Made by a program: the position numbers and the translations under genes. The notes under the pieces were generated by a model that saw only the letters and a program-made list of their open reading frames with translations, ran no database searches and was not told where the DNA came from. A stretch of DNA of 40,673 bases, taken from sequence record PQ179042, one strand, 5' to 3'. Source of the stretch: Escherichia phage KM02. Positions 18,257 to 27,205 of the stretch are shown here, piece by piece (the stretch's first letter is position 1; every line of letters starts with the position of its first letter).

Positions 18257-18481
18257 ATGTGTTTCAGTCCAAAGATTAGCACTCCGAAGCCTTCGGTCCA
18301 AGCACCTGAACCAGCACCTCTGAGTGAGGAAGTTGCGTCAGTTGACATCGGGGCTGAATCGGATGTTGACACCAACGAGACCAAAGGTATCAAAGACCTG
18401 AAGGTCAAGAAGGAGTCTGCACCTAAAGATAAATCGTCAGTTAGCCGCGCTATGCGAGCCTCTGGCGTCAACATGGGGTAA
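18257..18481 (+). CDS. 6.7: gp6.7-like virion protein
   Basis: MCFSPKISTPK...EPAPLSEEV matches T7 gp6.7 MCFSPKIKTPK...EPAPLTQEV. Confidence 0.7.
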   Translation: MCFSPKISTPKPSVQAPEPAPLSEEVASVDIGAESDVDTNETKGIKDLKVKKESAPKDKSSVSRAMRASGVNMG

Positions 18482-18485
18482 GACA

Positions 18486-18908
18486 ATGCTACCATATCTC
18501 AACTCACGCGAAGGTCGCCACATGTGCGCTTGTCGCCTCTGGGAAGACGGGCAGTCTAACTTCAAGTCATTCGAGGACTTCAAGGCTCATACTTACCGTA
18601 TGGCTGACGAGTTCGATGGTGAAGAGTACACAATCTACGATGTCTCAGGTAAACCAGTAGCGTATCTCTACATGCTGGCTACCGCATCTTGGCACCGACA
18701 GACTCCCGGTCTTGACCTTTCAATCGTCGCTATTCGTCGTGACTTGCAGTCCTCCCGCAAGGTTCTTGAGACTGTCAGGCACATCATAGACGAAGAGTGC
18801 AAGCGTTGGGGTCTTGGCTGGTATTCTCGTGTCAAGCATGTTTCCGGGTCGGTAGACATCGTAACAACCAAGTGCGTTAGCACGAACAAGGAGATTAATC
18901 GTGGGTAA
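18486..18908 (+). CDS. 7: gp7-like protein (by position)
   Basis: 140-aa ORF between the 6.7 and 7.3 homologues. Confidence 0.5.
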   Translation: MLPYLNSREGRHMCACRLWEDGQSNFKSFEDFKAHTYRMADEFDGEEYTIYDVSGKPVAYLYMLATASWHRQTPGLDLSIVAIRRDLQSSRKVLETVRHIIDEECKRWGLGWYSRVKHVSGSVDIVTTKCVSTNKEINRG

Positions 18909-19149
18909 ATCAATCAGTAAGGCATTCAAGAAAGTGGTGAAAAGTACGCTAGGGACCGTTGGTCTTGGCTCTGATGACGCACCTAAGGTTGTTGAGGCTC
19001 AGACCCCAGCAGCACCAGTGGAAGTACCGAACGACCAAGTTGAAGATGTGGATACCGAAGCGACTGCATCTGACGAGAAGAAAGTGAAGAGTTCAGGTAA
19101 GCGTAGCCTTCAGGTCTCTCGTACCTCTGGTGGCGGTATTTCTATATGA
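18901..19149 (+). CDS. 7.3: gp7.3-like virion/tail protein
   Basis: MGK...KK N-terminus and C-terminal SGKRSLQVSRTSGGGISI match T7 gp7.3 (KKSLSVARSSGGGINI); GTG start. Confidence 0.7.
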   Translation: MGKSISKAFKKVVKSTLGTVGLGSDDAPKVVEAQTPAAPVEVPNDQVEDVDTEATASDEKKVKSSGKRSLQVSRTSGGGISI

Positions 19150-19538
19150 CACCATGTCATGAATGGGGTGGATACTGCACCAAGGATGGCTACGGTGAAA
19201 CTAGGGTAGATGGGCGCAAGGTTCGCGTTCATCGCCTAGAGTGGACGAAACACTACGGACCTATTCCGCATGACAAAGTGGTTCGCCACAAGTGTGACAA
19301 CCCTAAGTGTTTTAATATTGAACACCTAGAGTTAGGAACAACACAGGATAACACGGCTGACAGAGTGTCTCGTGGTCGAAGCGCCAAAGGAGAGGATAAC
19401 GGTAACGCCGTCCTCACTATTGATATTGTTAATGAGGTTCGCGAAAGTAGCATGTCTCAGCGCAAAATAGCGAAGACCTATGGAGTGTCACAGTCTACCG
19501 TATCTAAAATCAAACGCAATGTAACGTGGAGGTCATAA
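19146..19538 (+). CDS. HNH homing endonuclease with C-terminal helix-turn-helix (T7 gene 7.7 position)
   Basis: KDGYGETRVDGRKVRVHRLEW...GPIPHDKVVRHKCDNPKCFNIEHL plus HTH IAKTYGVSQSTVSKIKR; 130 aa. Confidence 0.8.
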   Translation: MTPCHEWGGYCTKDGYGETRVDGRKVRVHRLEWTKHYGPIPHDKVVRHKCDNPKCFNIEHLELGTTQDNTADRVSRGRSAKGEDNGNAVLTIDIVNEVRESSMSQRKIAKTYGVSQSTVSKIKRNVTWRS

Positions 19539-19539
19539 C

Positions 19540-21108
19540 ATGGCAGAACGTGAAGGATTTGCGGCTGAAGGGGCGAAGGCAGTTTATGATAGGCTAAAGA
19601 ACGGACGACAGCCTTACGAGACCCGCGCACAGAACTGCGCTGCCGTGACCATCCCCTCGCTATTTCCCAAGGAGTCCGACAACTCCTCTACGGAATACGT
19701 GACGCCGTGGCAAGCTGTAGGTGCTCGCTGTTTAAACAACTTGGCTGCAAAGCTGATGTTGGCATTATTCCCTCAGTCACCGTGGATGCGACTGACAGTC
19801 TCAGAATATGAGGCCAAGACCTTGAGTCAGGACTCAGAGGCTGCTGCTCGTGTTGACGAAGGGCTGGCTATGGTCGAGCGTGTGTTGATGGCATACATGG
19901 AGACTAACAGTTTCCGTGTCCCATTGTTCGAAGCTCTGAAGCAGCTTATCGTCTCAGGTAACTGTCTGCTCTACATTCCAGAGCCTGAACAGGGTACTTA
20001 CAGTCCTATGCGAATGTACCGCTTAGTGTCATACGTTGTTCAACGTGATGCTTTCGGTAACATCTTGCAGATTGTGACTCTCGACAAGGTAGCGTTTAGT
20101 GCTCTACCGGAAGACGTAAAGTCTCAACTCAACGCAGACGACTATGAGCCTGACACCGAGCTTGAAGTGTATACGCACATCTACCGTCAGGACGACGAGT
20201 ATCTGCGCTACGAGGAAGTGGAAGGCATTGAGGTTACAGGGACCGATGGTTCCTACCCGCTGACTGCATGTCCATACATCCCGGTACGAATGGTTCGACT
20301 GGATGGTGAAGACTACGGTCGTTCTTACTGCGAGGAGTATCTGGGAGACCTGAACTCGCTGGAGACGATTACAGAAGCTATCACTAAAATGGCTAAGGTA
20401 GCCTCCAAGGTGATTGGCCTCGTTAACCCGAACGGTATCACGCAACCTCGACGTCTGAACAAGGCTGCTACAGGTGAGTTCGTGGCTGGTCGCGTTGAGG
20501 ACATCAACTTCCTGCAACTGACGAAAGGTCAGGACTTTACGATTGCCAAGTCGGTGGCTGATGCTATCGAGCAACGTTTAGGCTGGGCCTTCCTTCTTAA
20601 TAGTGCTGTTCAGCGTAATGCCGAGCGAGTCACTGCTGAAGAGATTCGTTATGTTGCTGGCGAACTGGAGGCGACCTTAGGTGGCGTTTACTCAGTACAG
20701 TCACAAGAGCTTCAGTTACCTATCGTCCGTGTTCTGATGAACCAGCTTCAGTCTGCTGGAATGATTCCTGACCTTCCGAAAGAAGCGGTAGAGCCTACTG
20801 TCTCCACTGGTCTGGAAGCGTTAGGTCGTGGTCAGGACTTGGAGAAGCTAACTCAGGCGGTTAACATGATGACTGGTCTTCAGCCGCTATCTCAGGACCC
20901 GGACATCAACTTGCCGACCCTTAAGCTACGACTCCTGAACGCTCTGGGTATCGACACCGCTGGTCTACTCCTGACGCAAGACGAGAAGATTCAGCGCATG
21001 GCTGAGCAGTCGTCTCAACAGGCAGTTGTCCAAGGTGCGTCTGCTGCTGGTGCTAACATGGGTGCTGCTGTAGGTCAGGGAGCTGGTGAGGACATTGCTC
21101 AAGCCTAA
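19540..21108 (+). CDS. 8: Portal (head-tail connector) protein
   Basis: Near-identity to T7 gp8 over long stretches (YETRAQNCA, TIPSLFPK, TPWQAVGAR, YRLVSYVVQRDAFGN, YLRYEEVEG, RMVRLDGEDYGRSY). Confidence 0.97.
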   Translation: MAEREGFAAEGAKAVYDRLKNGRQPYETRAQNCAAVTIPSLFPKESDNSSTEYVTPWQAVGARCLNNLAAKLMLALFPQSPWMRLTVSEYEAKTLSQDSEAAARVDEGLAMVERVLMAYMETNSFRVPLFEALKQLIVSGNCLLYIPEPEQGTYSPMRMYRLVSYVVQRDAFGNILQIVTLDKVAFSALPEDVKSQLNADDYEPDTELEVYTHIYRQDDEYLRYEEVEGIEVTGTDGSYPLTACPYIPVRMVRLDGEDYGRSYCEEYLGDLNSLETITEAITKMAKVASKVIGLVNPNGITQPRRLNKAATGEFVAGRVEDINFLQLTKGQDFTIAKSVADAIEQRLGWAFLLNSAVQRNAERVTAEEIRYVAGELEATLGGVYSVQSQELQLPIVRVLMNQLQSAGMIPDLPKEAVEPTVSTGLEALGRGQDLEKLTQAVNMMTGLQPLSQDPDINLPTLKLRLLNALGIDTAGLLLTQDEKIQRMAEQSSQQAVVQGASAAGANMGAAVGQGAGEDIAQA

Positions 21109-21126
21109 ACTATCACTATAGGAACT
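21104..21126 (+). promoter_or_regulatory. Phage-RNAP promoter (phi9 analogue)
   Basis: ctaaactatcactatagg at 21105-21122, overlapping the gene 8 stop. Confidence 0.7.
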
Positions 21127-21204
21127 TAGACAAGATTCACAAAGCATTAGGCCGGGTGAGACTCCCGGTCGGTTCCTATCATCAACTTAAAGGAGAATGA
21201 CTCA

Positions 21205-22089
21205 ATGTCTCAATCAGTTTATGCCGAGTTCGGCGTTAGCTCTAATGCAATCACTGGTTCTGTTGAGGACCTGAACGAACACCAGAAGTCTATGCTTGAA
21301 CAGGACGTAGCTGTTCGTGATGGCGATGACGCTATTACCTTCAAGCAACTGGAAGCTGAAAATGAAGAGGCTACCGAAGAAGACGAGAACGTCGAAGAGA
21401 CTGAGGGTGCTGAAGACAACGAGTCCGATGACGAAGAGTCTGAGACCGATGGTGAGCAACCTGAGTTCGTCGAACTTGGTGATGCACCGAAAGAGCTGAC
21501 TGAAAGTGTCACCGCTCTGGATGAAAACGAAGCTGCATTCGACGACATGGTGTCTTCTGCTGTAGAAGCTGGCAAGGTCACTGCTGATGAAATTATTGCT
21601 ATCAAGGCTGAATACGCCAAGGACGGTAAGCTGTCTGACGCATCCTACGCTAAGTTGCAGGAAGCAGGTTACACCAAGCGTTTCGTAGATTCGTTTGTCC
21701 GTGGTCAGGAAGCTCTTGCTGAACAGTATGCTGCTGGTGTGGTTCGCTACGCTGGTGGTGCTGAACAATTTAATCGCATCCTGTCACACCTTGAGTCCAA
21801 CGACCCGTCAACTCGTGAAGCACTGGAAGCTGCTATCGTTCGTAAGGACATTGCGACTACCAAAGCTCTTCTGAATCTGGCTGGCAAGACTCTTGGTAAA
21901 GCTGTAGGTGTTAAACCTCAGCGTACCATCACCACTCAGGCTAAACCTGTGGTCGCACCTAAGGCTCCTCAGACAGAAGCATTCAGCTCCAAGGATGACA
22001 TGATTAAGGCTATGAGTGACCCGCGATACCTGCGTGACGCTAAGTACACGATGGAAGTTCGCGCTAAGGTAGCTGCCTCAAGCCTGTAG
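21205..22089 (+). CDS. 9: Capsid assembly (scaffolding) protein
   Basis: 294 aa, highly acidic, correct position; SD aaaggag. Confidence 0.88.
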   Translation: MSQSVYAEFGVSSNAITGSVEDLNEHQKSMLEQDVAVRDGDDAITFKQLEAENEEATEEDENVEETEGAEDNESDDEESETDGEQPEFVELGDAPKELTESVTALDENEAAFDDMVSSAVEAGKVTADEIIAIKAEYAKDGKLSDASYAKLQEAGYTKRFVDSFVRGQEALAEQYAAGVVRYAGGAEQFNRILSHLESNDPSTREALEAAIVRKDIATTKALLNLAGKTLGKAVGVKPQRTITTQAKPVVAPKAPQTEAFSSKDDMIKAMSDPRYLRDAKYTMEVRAKVAASSL

Positions 22090-22090
22090 G

Positions 22091-22113
22091 ACTAAACTAT
22101 CACTATAGGGAGA
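22091..22113 (+). promoter_or_regulatory. Phage-RNAP promoter (phi10 analogue; full CACTATAGGGAGA)
   Basis: ctaaactatcactatagggaga at 22092-22113. Confidence 0.8.
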
Positions 22114-22215
22114 CCAAGAGAAAGACTCAAGGTTTCCCTATTACTTCAGTCCATACGGATTGGGCGTACAACAAGTAATAAACTTTATCTTTCAATTGAA
22201 TAGGAGAATTATCAT

Positions 22216-23259
22216 ATGGCAAACGTTCCGGGTCAGAAAGTAGGTACAGACCAAGGCAAAGGCAAATCTGGTTCCGACGCTCTGGCGTTGTTCCTGAAGG
22301 TATTTGCTGGTGAAGTCCTGACTGCATTCACTCGCCGCTCTGTAACTGCTGACAAGCATATTGTCCGTACCATTCAGAACGGTAAGTCTGCTCAGTTCCC
22401 GGTCATGGGTCGCGCATCTGGTGTGTATCTGGCTCCGGGTGAGCGACTGTCCGATAAGCGTAAAGGTATCAAACATACAGAGAAAAATATTACCATTGAT
22501 GGTCTGCTGACTGCCGATGTGATGATTTTCGACATTGAAGATGCGATGAACCACTATGACGTGGCTGGCGAGTATTCCAACCAGTTGGGTGAAGCTCTGG
22601 CTATCGCTGCTGATGGTGCGGTGCTGGCTGAAATGGCGATCCTGTGTAACCTCCCGGCTGCATCCAACGAGAACATCGCGGGTCTAGGCACTGCGTCCGT
22701 ACTGGAAGTTGGTAAGAAAGCTGACCTCAACACCCCGGCTAAACTGGGCGGAGCAATCATTGGTCAACTGACCATCGCTCGTGCGAAGCTGACCTCCAAC
22801 TACGTTCCTGCTGGCGACCGTTATTTCTATACAACGCCGGACAACTACTCTGCAATCCTCGCGGCTCTGATGCCGAACGCTGCTAACTATGCTGCGCTGA
22901 TTGATCCAGAGACTGGTAACATCCGTAACGTGATGGGCTTCGTTGTTGTTGAAGTTCCGCATCTGGTACAGGGTGGCGCTGGTGATGCCCGTGGTGCCGA
23001 TGGTATCTCTATCGCTTCCGGCCAGAAACACGCATTCCCAGCAACTGCTACTGGCGACGTTAAAGTTGCTATGGATAACGTTGTAGGTTTGTTCTCTCAC
23101 CGTTCTGCTGTGGGTACTGTGAAGCTGCGTGACTTGGCGCTGGAACGTGACCGTGACGTCGATGCTCAGGGTGACCTGATTGTCGGTAAATACGCTATGG
23201 GTCACGGTGGTCTGCGTCCTGAAGCTGCTGGCGCACTGGTTTTCAGCCCAGCGGCGTAA
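22216..23259 (+). CDS. 10A: Major capsid protein (10A)
   Basis: 347 aa; long identical stretches to T7 gp10A (LALFLKVF.GEVLTAF, NYAALIDPE, RNVMGF.VVEVPHL, HRSAVGTVKLRDLALER, KYAMGHGGLRPEAAGA). Confidence 0.97.
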   Translation: MANVPGQKVGTDQGKGKSGSDALALFLKVFAGEVLTAFTRRSVTADKHIVRTIQNGKSAQFPVMGRASGVYLAPGERLSDKRKGIKHTEKNITIDGLLTADVMIFDIEDAMNHYDVAGEYSNQLGEALAIAADGAVLAEMAILCNLPAASNENIAGLGTASVLEVGKKADLNTPAKLGGAIIGQLTIARAKLTSNYVPAGDRYFYTTPDNYSAILAALMPNAANYAALIDPETGNIRNVMGFVVVEVPHLVQGGAGDARGADGISIASGQKHAFPATATGDVKVAMDNVVGLFSHRSAVGTVKLRDLALERDRDVDAQGDLIVGKYAMGHGGLRPEAAGALVFSPAA

Positions 23260-23390
23260 GCACCTTTAGCCAACCTAACGTCGCTACAGTAGCGGCTGCA
23301 CCTGAAGAGGAGACTCTAACTCCTCAACAGAAAGCTGCGCGTACTCGTGCTGCGAACAGGGCCGCTAAACTGGCTGAGTCCAACAACTAA
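22216..23390 (+). CDS. 10B: Minor capsid protein 10B by -1 frameshift at G_GTT_TTC (23238-23244)
   Basis: The same heptamer as the T7 gene 10 frameshift site sits 13 nt before the 10A stop; the -1 frame is open to 23390 and encodes ...EETLTPQQKAARTRAANRAAK, similar to the T7 10B tail. Confidence 0.55.
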
Positions 23391-23393
23391 TTG

Positions 23394-23434
23394 AAACCCC
23401 TTGGGTGCCTTCGGGTGCCTGAGGGGTTTTTTTG
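23394..23434 (+). terminator. Tphi-like terminator for phage RNAP
   Basis: About 16-bp stem with a ttcg tetraloop (23410-23413) followed by T7; resembles T7 Tphi. Confidence 0.75.
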
Positions 23435-23550
23435 CTTAAAGTGAGGATGATTATGTTTTACTTACTTACAGCCTTGGGACTATTTGTTAGTTTCTGGGCG
23501 ATTATATTATTAACCGGACCATGCAGTCCTTACGACAGATAGGAGGGAGT

Positions 23551-24117
23551 ATGGCTCAATACATTCCACTGAATGCTAACGATGACTTAGACGCTATCAA
23601 CGATATGTTAGCTGCTATCGGTGAACCATCAGTCCTACAGCTTGACGAAGGTAACGCTGACGTCTCGAATGCTCAACGTATATTACATCGTGTCAATCGT
23701 CAGGTCCAAGCTAAAGGATGGAACTTTAACATTAATGAAGCTGCTATCCTGACACCTGATGTCCAAGACAACAGGATTCGATTCTTGCCGTCATACCTTC
23801 GTGTAATGACTGCCGGTGCCACCAGCTACTACAGCAACATGGGTGGATACCTGTACGACCTGTCCACTCAGTCAACCACTTTCACCGACCCTATAACGGT
23901 AGAGCTTGTTGAGATGAAACCGTTCTCTGAGATGCCTGTGGTATTCAGGGATTACATCGTTACCAAGGCCAGCCGTGAGTTCAACGCTAAGTTCTTCGGT
24001 AGCCCAGAGTCTGAACTGTACCTTCGTGAGCAGGAAGCAGAACTCTATCAGCAGGTCATGGAATACGAGATGGACACTGGTCGCTACAACATGATGTCAG
24101 ACATCGGGAGGGACTAA
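23551..24117 (+). CDS. 11: Tail tubular protein A
   Basis: DAINDMLAAIGEP, GWNFNI, MEYEMDTGRYNM match T7 gp11; ATG 23551 with SD aggaggga preferred over the track start 23521. Confidence 0.9.
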   Translation: MAQYIPLNANDDLDAINDMLAAIGEPSVLQLDEGNADVSNAQRILHRVNRQVQAKGWNFNINEAAILTPDVQDNRIRFLPSYLRVMTAGATSYYSNMGGYLYDLSTQSTTFTDPITVELVEMKPFSEMPVVFRDYIVTKASREFNAKFFGSPESELYLREQEAELYQQVMEYEMDTGRYNMMSDIGRD

Positions 24118-24344
24118 TGGCTAGTCACAACCTGAAGATTCACCGCCAACACTTTGGTCCGGTACAACTAGGTCTAAAGACAGCAGAGCTGAGACTTAAC
24201 GACCGTGACTTTAAGGTTGGCGACTGGCTTATCCTGAATGAGTGGAACAACGGGTATACTGGACAACAGGTAGCACGTAAGGTTGTCCACATTGCTGACG
24301 TTGGGGACATCGCTGAAGGATACGTCCTAATGAGTATGATTTAA
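24117..24344 (+). CDS. Small DUF3850/ASCH-like (PUA-fold) protein
   Basis: HNLKIHRQHFGPVQLGLKTAELRLNDRDFKVGDWLILNEW..GYTG fits the recalled DUF3850/ASCH pattern; SD gggaggga; no counterpart between T7 genes 11 and 12. Confidence 0.5.
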   Translation: MASHNLKIHRQHFGPVQLGLKTAELRLNDRDFKVGDWLILNEWNNGYTGQQVARKVVHIADVGDIAEGYVLMSMI

Positions 24345-24355
24345 GTGGAGGTGAT

Positions 24356-24796
24356 ATGATACACGACAAGTGCGGTCTGGAGTTTAGGGAGGGAGCAAAA
24401 GGCTCATGCTTGAACTGTAGACGTATAGCCAAGCTGGTAAAGAAAGGACTATCAGTGGAGGAAGCTAGATTAGTTGAGCCGAGAGGAAAGAAGGTCATTA
24501 AAGATAAAGACTGGAAGAAGAACAGTCAGCTTAAATATCTTTATGGCATCAACCTAGAGAGGTTTAATAAAATGCGAAAGGAGGCAAACTATCAGTGCCA
24601 AATCTGTGGGTGTCATGAGAGCGAGAGTACAGGAGGGACATTATGTGTTGACCACAACCACGAAACTGGTGAGGTTAGAGGTCTTCTCTGTAGGCACTGC
24701 AATAAGTCTCTAGGAGGTTTCAAGGACTCCCGTGAGATTCTACTAAACGCTGCTAAGTATCTGGAGGACACATGCCGCTTATCACACAAAGCATAA
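24356..24796 (+). CDS. Endonuclease VII-like nuclease
   Basis: CQICGCHES...CVDHNHETGEVRGLLCRHCNKSLG matches the T4 endonuclease VII family core; SD ggaggtga. Confidence 0.75.
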   Translation: MIHDKCGLEFREGAKGSCLNCRRIAKLVKKGLSVEEARLVEPRGKKVIKDKDWKKNSQLKYLYGINLERFNKMRKEANYQCQICGCHESESTGGTLCVDHNHETGEVRGLLCRHCNKSLGGFKDSREILLNAAKYLEDTCRLSHKA

Positions 24797-27129
24797 AAAA
24801 TCTTAAAGGTGGCATTAGCCAGCAGCCTGATATACTGAGGTTCTCGGACCAAGGCGAGAAACAGGTAAACTGCTGGTCATCAGAGAGTGATGGCCTACAG
24901 AAGCGTCCACCTACAGTATTCAAGCGACGTCTTAACATCGACGTTGGGAGCAACCCTAAGTTCCACCTGATTAACCGTGATGAGCAGGAGCAGTATTACA
25001 TCGTGTTCAACGGGTCCAACATTCAGGTAGTCGACTTGAGCGGTAATCAATACTCAGTTTCAGGTGCGGTAGACTACGTTAAGTCGTCCAACCCGCGAGA
25101 TAACATCCGTGTCGTTACAGTTGCAGACTATACGTTCATCGTGAACCGTAAGGTTGTCGTTAACGGTGGAAGCGAGAAGTCACACTCTGGTTATAATCGT
25201 AAAGCTCGTGCTTTAATTAACCTGCGTGGTGGACAGTATGGTCGCACCCTTAAGGTAGGAATCAACGGAGGCGTTAAGGTTTCGCATAAGCTGCCAGCAG
25301 GTAATGATGCCGAGAATGACCCACCTAAGGTGGATGCTCAGGCCATCGGTGCAGCTCTGAGAGACCTTCTTGTTGCTGCTTACCCTACCTTCACGTTCGA
25401 CCTTGGGTCTGGCTTCCTGTTAATCACTGCCCCTTCAGGGACTGACATTAACTCAGTGGAGACGGAGGATGGCTACGCTAACCAGCTAATCAGCCCAGTC
25501 CTAGACACGGTGCAAACAATCTCTAAGTTGCCTCTTGCGGCTCCAAATGGGTACATCATTAAGATTCAAGGTGAGACCAACAGTAGCGCCGATGAATATT
25601 ACGTGATGTATGACTCCAATACTAAGACGTGGAAGGAGACAGTAGAGCCGGGAGTTGTCACTGGGTTCGATAACACCACAATGCCACATGCTCTGGTGAG
25701 ACAATCTGACGGCTCCTTTGAGTTTAAGACTCTGGACTGGTCTAAGCGGGGTGCTGGCAATGATGACACAAACCCTATGCCTAGCTTCGTGGATGCTACG
25801 ATTAACGATGTGTTCTTCTACAGGAACAGGCTAGGGTTCTTGTCCGGAGAGAACGTAATCATGAGCCGTTCAGCCAGCTACTTTGCGTTCTTCCCTAAGA
25901 GTGTGGCGACATTGAGTGATGATGATCCTATTGACGTAGCTGTAAGTCACCCTAGAATCTCAATACTTAAGTATGCCGTTCCGTTTAGCGAGCAGCTACT
26001 ACTTTGGTCAGATGAGGTGCAGTTCGTGATGACAAGCTCAGGGGTCCTTACCTCGAAGTCTATCCAGCTTGATGTGGGCTCAGAGTTTGCCTTAGGTGAT
26101 AACGCCAGACCGTTCGCTGTAGGACGCTCAGTCTTCTTCTCAGCGCCTCGTGGGTCATTCACCAGTATTAAGCGATACTTCGCTGTAGCAGATGTGTCTG
26201 ACGTGAAGGATGCCGATGATACCACTAGTCACGTACTGTCCTATATCCCTAACGGGGTGTTTGACATTCAAGGTACAGGGACTGAGAACTACATCTGCGT
26301 CAACTCTACAGGTGCATACAACCGAATCTACATCTACAAGTTCTTGTTTAAGGACGGCGTACAACTTCAAGCCTCTTGGTCGCACTGGGAGTTTCCTAAA
26401 GCTGATAAGATTCTGGCGTCTGCGTCGATTGGCTCTACCATGTTCATTGTTCGTCAGCACCAAGGGGGTGTGGACATTGAGCACCTTAAGTTCATCAAGG
26501 AGGCAACCGACTTTCCATTAGAGCCGTATAGACTCCACGTTGACTCCAAGGTGTCTATGGTAATACCAAATGGCTCATACAACGCTGACACCTATAAGAC
26601 TACGGTTGACATTGGTGCTGCTTATGGGGGCAACGCTCCGTCTCCCGGTCGGTACTATCTGATTGACAGTCAGGGTGCCTATGTGGACCTTGGTGAACTT
26701 ACCGACATCTCTACTGTGATTACCCTCAACGGCGATTGGTCGGGACGTACAGTGTTCATCGGACGGTCTTATCTGATGTCCTACAAGTTCTCACGGTTCC
26801 TGATTAAGATTGAAGACGATAGTGGCACTCAGTCTGAAGACACTGGTCGTCTACAGCTTCGTCGGGCTTGGGTCAACTACAAGGACACTGGCGCTCTGAG
26901 ACTCATTGTCAGAAACGGTGAGCGGGAGTTCGTGAATACCTTCAACGGGTACACCCTTGGTCAGCAAACCATCGGTACTACAAACATTGGTGACGGGCAG
27001 TATCGATTCGCTATGAATGGTAACGCATTAACCACGAGTCTAACCTTAGAGTCCGACTATCCTACCCCAGTGTCCATCGTTGGGTGTGGCTGGGAGGCAT
27101 CATACGCTAAGAAAGCTCGTTCAGTCTAA
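24772..27129 (+). CDS. 12: Tail tubular protein B
   Basis: SQSIKNLKGGISQQPDILR, LQKRPP, HLINRDE, VTVADYTFIVNR, RAWVNY, GCGWE match T7 gp12. Confidence 0.95.
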   Translation: MPLITQSIKNLKGGISQQPDILRFSDQGEKQVNCWSSESDGLQKRPPTVFKRRLNIDVGSNPKFHLINRDEQEQYYIVFNGSNIQVVDLSGNQYSVSGAVDYVKSSNPRDNIRVVTVADYTFIVNRKVVVNGGSEKSHSGYNRKARALINLRGGQYGRTLKVGINGGVKVSHKLPAGNDAENDPPKVDAQAIGAALRDLLVAAYPTFTFDLGSGFLLITAPSGTDINSVETEDGYANQLISPVLDTVQTISKLPLAAPNGYIIKIQGETNSSADEYYVMYDSNTKTWKETVEPGVVTGFDNTTMPHALVRQSDGSFEFKTLDWSKRGAGNDDTNPMPSFVDATINDVFFYRNRLGFLSGENVIMSRSASYFAFFPKSVATLSDDDPIDVAVSHPRISILKYAVPFSEQLLLWSDEVQFVMTSSGVLTSKSIQLDVGSEFALGDNARPFAVGRSVFFSAPRGSFTSIKRYFAVADVSDVKDADDTTSHVLSYIPNGVFDIQGTGTENYICVNSTGAYNRIYIYKFLFKDGVQLQASWSHWEFPKADKILASASIGSTMFIVRQHQGGVDIEHLKFIKEATDFPLEPYRLHVDSKVSMVIPNGSYNADTYKTTVDIGAAYGGNAPSPGRYYLIDSQGAYVDLGELTDISTVITLNGDWSGRTVFIGRSYLMSYKFSRFLIKIEDDSGTQSEDTGRLQLRRAWVNYKDTGALRLIVRNGEREFVNTFNGYTLGQQTIGTTNIGDGQYRFAMNGNALTTSLTLESDYPTPVSIVGCGWEASYAKKARSV

Positions 27130-27136
27130 CTTATTG

Positions 27137-27186
27137 AAGGGCCTATAGATTTACCTTAACTATCACTATAGGGACTATAGGCCCTT
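27137..27186 (+). repeat. Perfect 12-bp inverted repeat (aagggcctatag / ctataggccctt) bracketing the phi13 promoter
   Basis: Arms at 27137-27148 and 27175-27186 with a 26-nt spacer that contains the promoter core. Confidence 0.7.
27154..27176 (+). promoter_or_regulatory. Phage-RNAP promoter (phi13 analogue)
   Basis: cttaactatcactataggga at 27155-27174. Confidence 0.7.
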
Positions 27187-27205
27187 AAGGTTATAAGGAG
27201 ACTTT

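Noticed and set aside
21214-21768. Reverse-strand ORFs of 60-184 aa (for example 21214-21768, 22684-23205, 20104-20574, 10030-10509, 6494-6847, 35482-35853)
   Set aside because: Every one is antisense to a strongly supported + strand gene, none has a convincing SD, and T7-like genomes are transcribed in one direction only.
23521-23550. Track start (ATG 23521) for gene 11
   Set aside because: ATG 23551 has a strong SD and matches the T7 gp11 N-terminus; 23521 has none.
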